From: a virus
Lineage: Duplodnaviria; Heunggongvirae; Uroviricota; Caudoviricetes
Virus record (IMG/VR): IMGVR_UViG_2531839178_000014
Length of the DNA: 12,772 nucleotides
Strand: one strand, 5' to 3'
Part shown: piece after piece, positions 6,453 to 12,772 of the stretch
Numbering within the stretch: position 1 is the first letter of the stretch
Layout: each line of letters begins with the position of its first letter
Notes under the pieces: model-generated
The model's database searches: none
What the model saw: the letters and a program-made list of their open reading frames with translations, nothing else
Told to the model about the DNA's origin: nothing
Program-made: the position numbers and the translations under genes

Positions 6453-6746
6453 CTAGCGTTCGCTGAGAAGTTGTTGGTAAGCCTTAAAGGATGCGAACTG
6501 CATTCTACCTTCGGCATTGATTCCAATGCCTTCGCTTGTGCACCAGGCGATGAACTCGGCTGTATCCGCTTCAGCTTTAATAACTCGTTGCCCGCTTCTT
6601 TCGACACGCTTAATCAATTTTTCAGCGTCGTGTTTCCACTCGGTGTAACTGTCGGAGAGCACATCAGCATCAGTAAAAATATTTTTGAGCTCATGATACT
6701 GAATCGCATCGCGAAACCAGAATAAACCAACGGCCTGAACTTTCAT
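6453..6746 (-). CDS. hypothetical protein, 97 aa, strong SD; native TAA stop overlaps the IS5-family insertion point
   Basis: AAGGAGG sits 6 nt upstream of ATG 6746. Protein-like composition. The plus-strand ORF 6471-6725 is the antisense reading. Confidence 0.65.
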   Translation of the reverse strand: MKVQAVGLFWFRDAIQYHELKNIFTDADVLSDSYTEWKHDAEKLIKRVERSGQRVIKAEADTAEFIAWCTSEGIGINAEGRMQFASFKAYQQLLSER

Positions 6747-6865
6747 GTCGAACCTCCTTTGGTTCTTTTGTTTATAGGGATCAAAAGGATAACTGAAGGA
6801 TGGTTCGGCACCAACAAGTACGAATGTGCGGAATCTTAAAAGAATTTATCCGTAAGGAGATGGCA

Positions 6866-7573
6866 GTGAACACCGCAATTTTTAACGACAAAGTATCCAT
6901 GACCAGCGTTGAAATCGCAGAGCTGGTTGGAAGTCAACACGGCAATGTCAGAATATCAATAGAGCGTCTGGCAAAACGCGGGGTGATTCAACTTCCTGCA
7001 ATGCAAAAAGTTGAGAACGAACAATCATTTAGCCAAAACAAATTCACAAACGCATATATTTTCGAAGGCGAACAAGGCAAACGCGACAGCATCATTGTCG
7101 TCGCACAACTTTGCCCGGAATTCACTGCCCGCCTGGTAGATCGTTGGCGCGAACTGGAAGAGCAGGTGCGCAAACCAATGAGCGAAATCGAAATGGTTGC
7201 CGCGATGGCTCTTGAAGCCGTTCGCCAGCAGAAACGGATCACTCAGGTGGAAGAAAAAGTCAGCCATGTTGCCGAAACAGTTGAGCAAATCAAAAAGGGT
7301 ACCATTCGTGAGGGCTATGCCGGATATCGCCAGCTGAAAGCAAAAACCGGTATGTCAGATGCGAAATGTCGCACGCTTGTAAATGCATACAACATCCCGA
7401 CAGACACTCATGAATTTTTGACGCCAGATGGATTACTGGCACGTCGTGAAATTGTTGCTGTGGAACCGTTTCTGAAGGCGTTTCATCACATGATGTGTGG
7501 TGCCGTTCAGCGTGGTACCCGCTGGTATCACCCGAGAATGGGCCTGTTTCAGGCTACTGGCTGGCAGGTGTGA
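6866..7573 (+). CDS. Rha-like phage regulatory protein (putative antirepressor family)
   Basis: N-terminal ...SMTSVEIAELVGSQHGNVRISIERL... resembles the Rha N-terminus of the second copy. Start chosen at GTG 6866 (AAGGAG 6 nt upstream); the longer track ORF from 6800 has no SD. Confidence 0.65.
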   Translation: MNTAIFNDKVSMTSVEIAELVGSQHGNVRISIERLAKRGVIQLPAMQKVENEQSFSQNKFTNAYIFEGEQGKRDSIIVVAQLCPEFTARLVDRWRELEEQVRKPMSEIEMVAAMALEAVRQQKRITQVEEKVSHVAETVEQIKKGTIREGYAGYRQLKAKTGMSDAKCRTLVNAYNIPTDTHEFLTPDGLLARREIVAVEPFLKAFHHMMCGAVQRGTRWYHPRMGLFQATGWQV

Positions 7574-7592
7574 CGATGTTTACGGGTAATTT

Positions 7593-7769
7593 ATGCAAGT
7601 CCTCAATCGCTGGTTCCGTGATGGCAGAGGGCGCCGCGTCCACGTTATACGCTGGGAGCCTGAAACACAGCGGGTTATTTATCTGCGTGATGGTTATCCA
7701 TATGAATGTTTCAGCCCGTTGTGGTTGTTCAGGCGTGATTTTGTGGAGTGTGAAGCGCCGCCGGAATGA
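7593..7769 (+). CDS. small ORF, 58 aa (MQVLNRWFRDGRGRRVHVIRWEPETQRVIYLRDGYPYECFSPLWLFRRDFVECEAPPE)
   Basis: ATG to TGA open frame in the gap between the Rha gene and the two-gene module; no good SD. Confidence 0.25.
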   Translation: MQVLNRWFRDGRGRRVHVIRWEPETQRVIYLRDGYPYECFSPLWLFRRDFVECEAPPE

Positions 7770-7790
7770 CGGCACGGTATATACGAAAAA

Positions 7791-8150
7791 TTACGCCGCC
7801 TTGCCCAGCGTAAAATCAAAGTGGATGTCGTCATACGGGAATGACGTTCCGCGCTCGCTTTTTTCCAGTAAACCGTTGCTGATGAGTGCGGTCACGTCAG
7901 TATGCACGCTTTTTACATCACGTCCAACCAGGGCTGCAATTTTTCGGATGGGCATTTCTCCGGCACCAGTCATTGCCATCAGAATGTCCATGCGTTTTGG
8001 TGTCAGTACCTTATGCATCATTTGCCAGTCAGGAAATGAAATAACGTTTTCTCTGGTTGCTTTTGCTCCGGTAGCTGCTTCCTGGAACGCAGACAGCACA
8101 TCAGCCGTGAAATTATCCATTGACTCGATTCGGATTGTTACGGTTCTCAT
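7791..8150 (-). CDS. HTH DNA-binding protein (119 aa), antitoxin-like second gene of a coupled pair
   Basis: ATG 8150 lies 1 nt after the upstream gene's stop (TGAcATG). C-terminal HTH-like segment MPIRKIAALVGRDVKSVHTDVTALISNGLLEK. Confidence 0.6.
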   Translation of the reverse strand: MRTVTIRIESMDNFTADVLSAFQEAATGAKATRENVISFPDWQMMHKVLTPKRMDILMAMTGAGEMPIRKIAALVGRDVKSVHTDVTALISNGLLEKSERGTSFPYDDIHFDFTLGKAA

Positions 8151-8151
8151 G

Positions 8152-8439
8152 TCAGATACCTCTGCGGATGGATTCAACGTCAGCCAGAAAATCAGCGAGC
8201 AGTTGTTCAATGGTGACAAAGCTGGTGCTGACTTCCTGACTACCAATGTGTTTGTGATCGCCTTTACCCCGTTCGTTGTCGTAACGCATCACACACATGC
8301 CATCAACGACATAAGCCATGCTGTATTTGTAGTTGTGCTGGCTACCCAATACAGCAGGCTCCACTTCCCATATGCGGATTCGTATGTATTCAGATTCACC
8401 GAGATGACGGATGAACTGTTTATACAGTCTGGATGGCAT
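8152..8439 (-). CDS. small protein (95 aa), toxin-like first gene of a coupled pair; family not recognised
   Basis: SD GAGGAAG sits 6 nt upstream of ATG 8439. Stop is translationally coupled to the next gene. Confidence 0.55.
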   Translation of the reverse strand: MPSRLYKQFIRHLGESEYIRIRIWEVEPAVLGSQHNYKYSMAYVVDGMCVMRYDNERGKGDHKHIGSQEVSTSFVTIEQLLADFLADVESIRRGI

Positions 8440-8457
8440 TTAAAGCTTCCTCTGGTT

Positions 8458-8481
8458 CTTGTTGTAAACAATAACAACAAG
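8458..8481. promoter_or_regulatory. inverted repeat CTTGTTGT-N8-ACAACAAG in the promoter region of the two-gene module (candidate operator)
   Basis: 8-bp perfect arms seen directly, about 20 bp upstream of the start codon at 8439. Confidence 0.4.
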
Positions 8482-8793
8482 GCTTCGCGTTGTCCACAGC
8501 TACAACATTTTGATATTGATTCTGCAAGTCCGGGACGTTACACTGTCTCTGCACCTTATAAAGCGGGTGCCGGGATTGGCGTCCTGAAATTCAATATAGA
8601 GCATAACCGCGCTCATGCGGTTTTTTCGTGTCATGAGCATTGCTACGCCCAAATTATGGTGGGGCGTGCAGGGGCATCGCAAGATGCGCCGGGTTCTATG
8701 TTGACCGGTTACGCCAACCCTGTACGTCTCACCACCTCTGTGATTGGCGTCCCATGTGGTGAGTTCTTTGAATTCAACATAGGGGCTGTCACC

Positions 8794-9357
8794 ATGACTA
8801 CACTCCCAACCCTCTCTCAACCTGAAATTGCCATCGTTGATGGTCAGGCTGTTACTTCATCTCTGGCTGTTGCTGACTTCTTCTCTAAACGTCATGACGA
8901 TGTTCTGAAAAAGATCCGCATTTTGGATTGTTCTCCAGAGTTTTGTGCCCGCAATTTTGCGGAGACATCAATTTTGGTACACCAGCCCAACGGCGGTACT
9001 CGCAAACTTCCTTGCTACCACATCACCCGCGACGGCTTCGCATTCCTGGCAATGGGCTTCACTGGCAAACGTGCTGCCCGCTTCAAAGAGGCATACATCA
9101 ACGCCTTTAACCTGATGGAGAAGAGTTTATCAGGTGCCGATGCGTCTGATATGTCAGCTGTCGCACGAAACGCCAGAGGCGTATACCTGCATTTGCGTGA
9201 AATCCATCAAATCTGGATAAGCCAGCTTTATCCAATGCTTAAGGCCGTTGAGTCTCCGCTGGCTGGCAAACTGTACGACCGTGTAGGTGATGCTGTTTTT
9301 GGTGCTGCACTTGTTGATTCCAGACTGAATGGTTCTGACAAGGAGGGGCGCCCATGA
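8794..9357 (+). CDS. Rha-family phage regulatory protein (187 aa)
   Basis: MTTLPTLSQPEIAIVDGQAVTSSLAVADFFSKRHDDVLKKIR...FKEAYINAFNLMEK matches the Rha family pattern. It is only the 3' part of the 620-aa track ORF. Confidence 0.8.
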   Translation: MTTLPTLSQPEIAIVDGQAVTSSLAVADFFSKRHDDVLKKIRILDCSPEFCARNFAETSILVHQPNGGTRKLPCYHITRDGFAFLAMGFTGKRAARFKEAYINAFNLMEKSLSGADASDMSAVARNARGVYLHLREIHQIWISQLYPMLKAVESPLAGKLYDRVGDAVFGAALVDSRLNGSDKEGRP

Positions 9358-9587
9358 TCCGCCACATCGTTAATTCCCTGTATCACCGATACAACCGTTG
9401 CCCCCGAGTGGGGCAGTGGTTCACCACCAGCAACGGCCACGTTCTGCGGGTTTGCCTGGTCAATACAGAAAGCCAGAAGGTTGTCTGCCAGGTTCAGGGA
9501 CGTACTCATACCCTGAGTTATCCGCTGGTGGCGTTTCAGTCCGGAAAAATGTTTAAACGCCTGGGAGGTGGCTATGCGTCCGTCTGA
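9354..9587 (+). CDS. hypothetical small protein, 77 aa, start overlaps the Rha stop (ATGA)
   Basis: Strong SD AAGGAGGGG upstream of ATG 9354. Confidence 0.5.
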   Translation: MIRHIVNSLYHRYNRCPRVGQWFTTSNGHVLRVCLVNTESQKVVCQVQGRTHTLSYPLVAFQSGKMFKRLGGGYASV

Positions 9588-9617
9588 TCTTCTGCTCGAT
9601 TTTGGACATCCGGTTGC
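9574..9617 (+). pseudogene. 5' stub of a gene (MRPSDLLLDFGHPVA...) cut by the IS911-like left end
   Basis: SD GGGAGG plus ATG 9574; the open frame runs into the IS terminus at 9618. Confidence 0.4.
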
Positions 9618-9943
9618 TGAGGTAGCCTGAGTTTAACGGACACTCCTTCCTGAAATAGAATGGCATCAGAAGGAGCTAATAATGAGCAGAAAAACCCAAC
9701 GTTACTCTAAAGAGTTCAAAGCCGAAGCTGTCAGAACGGTTCTTGAAAATCAACTTTCGATCAGTGAAGGCGCTTCCCGATTATCCCTTCCTGAAGGCAC
9801 TTTAGGACAATGGGTTACCGCCGCCAGAAAAGGGCTCGGTACTCCTGGCTCCCGCACGGTGGCTGAACTGGAATCTGAAATTCTGCAACTGCGTAAGGCG
9901 TTAAATGAAGCTCGCCTTGAGCGAGATATATTAAAAAAGCAAC
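9618..9943 (+). mobile_element. IS911-like 5' segment (IRL plus OrfA up to the A-run), 326 bp, abutting the IS30 IRL
   Basis: Near-identical to the reverse complement of 2532-2858 except that the A-run is A6 rather than A7. OrfA (9682-9948) therefore reads ...DILKKQL* into IS30. Confidence 0.85.
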
Positions 9944-11164
9944 TGTAGATTCAATTGGTCAACGCAACAGTTATGTGAAAACATGGGGTCGCGGAGGTTT
10001 TTTGAATGAGACGAACATTTACAGCAGAGGAAAAAGCCTCTGTTTTTGAACTATGGAAGAACGGAACAGGCTTCAGTGAAATAGCGAATATCCTGGGTTC
10101 AAAACCCGGAACGATCTTCACTATGTTAAGGGATACTGGCGGCATAAAACCCCATGAGCGTAAGCGGGCTGTAGCTCACCTGACACTGTCTGAGCGCGAG
10201 GAGATACGAGCTGGTTTGTCAGCCAAAATGAGCATTCGTGCGATAGCTACTGCGCTGAATCGCAGTCCTTCGACGATCTCACGTGAAGTTCAGCGTAATC
10301 GGGGCAGACGCTATTACAAAGCTGTTGATGCTAATAACCGAGCCAACAGAATGGCGAAAAGGCCAAAACCGTGCTTACTGGATCAAAATTTACCATTGCG
10401 AAAGCTTGTTCTGGAAAAGCTGGAGATGAAATGGTCTCCAGAGCAAATATCAGGATGGTTAAGGCGAACAAAACCACGTCAAAAAACGCTGCGAATATCA
10501 CCTGAGACAATTTATAAAACGCTGTACTTTCGTAGCCGTGAAGCGCTACACCACCTGAATATACAGCATCTGCGACGGTCGCATAGCCTTCGCCATGGCA
10601 GGCGTCATACCCGCAAAGGCGAAAGAGGTACGATTAACATAGTGAACGGAACACCAATTCACGAACGTTCCCGAAATATCGATAACAGACGCTCTCTGGG
10701 GCATTGGGAGGGCGATTTAGTCTCAGGTACAAAAAACTCTCATATAGCCACACTTGTAGACCGAAAATCACGTTATACGATCATCCTTAGACTCAGGGGC
10801 AAAGATTCTGTCTCAGTAAATCAGGCTCTTACCGACAAATTCCTGAGTTTACCGTCAGAACTCAGAAAATCACTGACATGGGACAGAGGAATGGAACTGG
10901 CCAGACATCTAGAATTTACTGTCAGCACCGGCGTTAAAGTTTACTTCTGCGATCCTCAGAGTCCTTGGCAGCGGGGAACAAATGAGAACACAAATGGGCT
11001 AATTCGGCAGTACTTTCCTAAAAAGACATGTCTTGCCCAATATACTCAACATGAACTAGATCTGGTTGCTGCTCAGCTAAACAACAGACCGAGAAAGACA
11101 CTGAAGTTCAAAACACCGAAAGAGATAATTGAAAGGGGTGTTGCATTGACAGATTGAATCTACA
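9944..11164 (+). mobile_element. IS30, copy 2 (1221 bp)
   Basis: Same terminal repeats as copy 1. Flanked by AC on the left and GT on the right, which are reverse complements rather than a direct repeat. Confidence 0.9.
10006..11157 (+). CDS. insI: IS30 transposase
   Basis: 383-aa ORF identical in protein sequence to 1318-2469. Confidence 0.9.
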   Translation: MRRTFTAEEKASVFELWKNGTGFSEIANILGSKPGTIFTMLRDTGGIKPHERKRAVAHLTLSEREEIRAGLSAKMSIRAIATALNRSPSTISREVQRNRGRRYYKAVDANNRANRMAKRPKPCLLDQNLPLRKLVLEKLEMKWSPEQISGWLRRTKPRQKTLRISPETIYKTLYFRSREALHHLNIQHLRRSHSLRHGRRHTRKGERGTINIVNGTPIHERSRNIDNRRSLGHWEGDLVSGTKNSHIATLVDRKSRYTIILRLRGKDSVSVNQALTDKFLSLPSELRKSLTWDRGMELARHLEFTVSTGVKVYFCDPQSPWQRGTNENTNGLIRQYFPKKTCLAQYTQHELDLVAAQLNNRPRKTLKFKTPKEIIERGVALTD

Positions 11165-11491
11165 GTTGCTTTTTTTAATATATCTCGCTCAAGGCGAGCT
11201 TCATTTAACGCCTTACGCAGTTGCAGAATTTCAGATTCCAGTTCAGCCACCGTGCGGGAACCAGGAGTACCGAGCCCTTTTCTGGCGGCGGTAACCCATT
11301 GTCCTAAAGTGCCTTCAGGAAGGGATAATCGGGAAGCGCCTTCACTGATCGAAAGTTGATTTTCAAGAACCGTTCTGACAGCTTCGGCTTTGAACTCTTT
11401 AGAGTAACGTTGGGTTTTTCTGCTCATTATTAGCTCCTTCTGATGCCATTCTATTTCAGGAAGGAGTGTCCGTTAAACTCAGGCTACCTCA
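11165..11491 (-). mobile_element. IS911-like 5' segment (IRL plus OrfA up to the A-run), 327 bp, inverted, abutting the IS30 IRR
   Basis: Matches 2532-2858 (A7) with one substitution (A at 11260 versus G at 2627). OrfA from ATG 11427 reads into the IS30 end (track ORF 11077-11427). Confidence 0.85.
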
Positions 11492-11627
11492 AAGGACCGA
11501 ACAAACGAAACAGCAATGAGACCGTTGCGAAAAGCGACAATAGACAAATTCCCTGAATATATCGACCCGCGCCTGCGTAATTACCGCTCACGCTATGGCG
11601 CTATCAGTAATGACTGAGGAATTTACC

Positions 11628-11795
11628 ATGAGAGGACTTGCATACAATCCCGGCATTCTTCCGGCAGAAATGATTATTCGCCAACGCGTAAAGCCAATGC
11701 CATCGAGAGAGGAATTGCTTAAGAGAAATTCTTTTCCGTCAGTGAATCAAAACAAATATCTGAATGCTATGTGGCGCAAAGGAGGCAAACAGTGA
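11628..11795 (+). CDS. hypothetical small protein (about 55 aa from ATG 11628; longer track ORF from 11595)
   Basis: GAGGA sits 7 nt upstream of ATG 11628; in frame with upstream ATGs at 11595 and 11610. Confidence 0.4.
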   Translation: MRGLAYNPGILPAEMIIRQRVKPMPSREELLKRNSFPSVNQNKYLNAMWRKGGKQ

Positions 11796-12338
11796 GCGAA
11801 ATTGACTATCAGGCACTGCGTGAAAAGGCAGAGAAAGCAACGTGGGGTGTGTGGTCGCTCGAATATGGAGAGGAGAAACTTGATGCTGATGATGCGCTAA
11901 TTCACCGTGAAGTTGTTGGATATCTTCCTATTTGCAGAATTGAAGGAGCGCATCCTGAAAGCGGTTTCGATGAAGATTTCCAAATGGAACAGCAGGCCAA
12001 TGCTGAATTCATCGCCGCAGCCAATCCGGCTACTGTGCTGACACTGCTGAGCGAGCTGGAAACAGCAAAAAAGCGCATAGCAGAACTGGAAGCCAAACCT
12101 GTAAGCCAGACTTACAAGTTGAATGAGATGTCGGGCAACTCTCCGGTAATTCCGGATGGTTGGATAAGCTGTAGTGATCGAATGCCTGAAAAGGGCCAGA
12201 ACGTACTTATTTCGGTGAATTTCGATAGCTCTCTGGTTGAACCGCTAATATGCTCCGCACGCTATACCGGAGGTACATTCCGGCGTGGAGATGTAACGGT
12301 TAAGCCAGGTAATGGTATTGAACAGGCAACCCACTGGA
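11792..12338 (+). pseudogene. Ea22-like prophage protein, C-terminus cut by IS2 (frame continues into the IS2 IRL to 12388)
   Basis: SD AAGGAGG sits 6 nt upstream of GTG 11792. N-terminal [20 protein letters not shown] resembles Ead/Ea22-like prophage proteins as I recall them. The IS2 IRL starts at 12339. Confidence 0.55.
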
Positions 12339-12529
12339 TAGACTGGCCCCCTGAATCTCCAGACAACCAGTATCACTTAAATAAGTGATAGTCTTAATAC
12401 TAGTTTTTAGACTAGTCATTGGAGTACAGATGATTGATGTCTTAGGGCCGGAGAAACGCAGACGGCGTACCACACAGGAAAAGATCGCAATTGTTCAGCA
12501 GAGCTTTGAACCGGGGATGACGGTCTCCC
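12339..12529 (+). mobile_element. insC: IS2 left end with the first 33 codons of InsC ([33 protein letters not shown]), interrupted by another IS
   Basis: IRL TAGACTGGCCCCCTGAATCTCC at 12339; InsC ATG at 12430. Identity to IS2 is lost at about 12530. Confidence 0.85.
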
Positions 12530-12772
12530 TGAACCGCCCCGGGTTTCCTGGAGAGTGTTTTATCTGTGAACTCAGGCTGCCAGATCATCGTTTCCGATGG
12601 AAGCATAATAAGCTTTTTCTGCTTCTGCCGGAGGAGTATGGCCCAGCCTTTCCAGCAATCGTCGATTGTTATACCAGTCCACCCACGTGAGTGTGGCCAG
12701 TTCCACTTCTGCACGGTTTTTCCAGCTCTTACGGTGTATTACCTCCGCTTTGTAAAGACCATTGATGCTCTC
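12530..12772 (-). mobile_element. IS3-family element (IS629/IS1203-like) right end with the OrfB C-terminus; continues beyond the window
   Basis: Terminus TGAACCGCCCCGGG. Minus-strand frame 12572-12772 encodes ...[66 protein letters not shown]. Confidence 0.7.

Larger units (their letters stand above)
5536..6455 (+). mobile_element. IS5-family element (IS427-group-like, about 0.92 kb) with two overlapping transposase ORFs; TA duplicated at both ends
   Basis: Terminal inverted repeats TAGGCTGTGTCCCTTAAT (5536-) and ATTAAGGGACACAGCCTA (-6455). N-terminal DUF4096-like motif and C-terminal DDE ORF. Confidence 0.8.

Noticed and set aside
6471-6725. 84-aa plus-strand ORF, which could be joined in silico across the IS to an MSEKITIKYDGATISIAPIT start at 5478
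   Set aside because: The opposite-strand 97-aa ORF has a strong SD, a protein-like composition and a native stop exactly at the IS junction. The plus-strand frame looks like its antisense shadow.
8500-8820. 106-aa minus-strand ORF in the intergenic region between the two-gene module and the Rha gene
   Set aside because: No SD, Cys/Arg-rich composition, and it overlaps the Rha gene start. More likely a promoter-containing intergenic region.
7495-9357. 620-aa plus-strand ORF
   Set aside because: Its first about 430 codons are antisense to the two well-supported minus-strand genes (7791-8439) and have poor, low-complexity composition. Only the last 187 codons (from ATG 8794) form the Rha-family protein.
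9574-11530. Possibility that the flanks at 9617 and 11492 are the two sides of one simple IS insertion
   Set aside because: The flanks show no 3-bp (or 2-4 bp) direct repeat (TGC versus AAG) and the two IS911-like arms are inverted copies of the same end, so this is not a simple insertion.
1-12772. CRISPR arrays, tRNA or rRNA genes, integrase or attachment sites
   Set aside because: No short regularly spaced direct repeats, no cloverleaf-like or rRNA-like segments, and no integrase-like ORF were seen. All repeats found are attributable to IS copies.

Overview
This window reads as the early/immunity region of a lambdoid-type prophage (Enterobacteriaceae-like) that has been heavily invaded by insertion sequences. 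The native interior (333-12338) carries a minus-strand operon: a CI-like LexA/S24 autocleaving repressor, an XRE-HTH protein, three ORFs of unknown function, and the first codons of a further gene cut off by IS2. It also carries a divergent Cro-like gene, two Rha-family regulator genes flanking a translationally coupled toxin-antitoxin-like pair, several small ORFs and an Ea22-like gene truncated by IS2. Mobile DNA accounts for roughly half the window: an IS630-like element nested in an IS2 end (left edge), an IS3-family (IS911-like) element carrying IS30 (373-2858), an IS5-family element with a -1 frameshift site (5536-6455), a second IS30 flanked by inverted 326/327-bp IS911-like 5' segments (9618-11491), and an IS629-like element nested in IS2 (right edge). 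I saw no rRNA, tRNA or CRISPR array. The best candidates for an undescribed system are the unknown ORFs immediately downstream of the repressor and the coupled two-gene module at 7791-8439; neither could be assigned to a known family from sequence alone. All IS family names rest on recalled protein and terminal sequences and need a database check.
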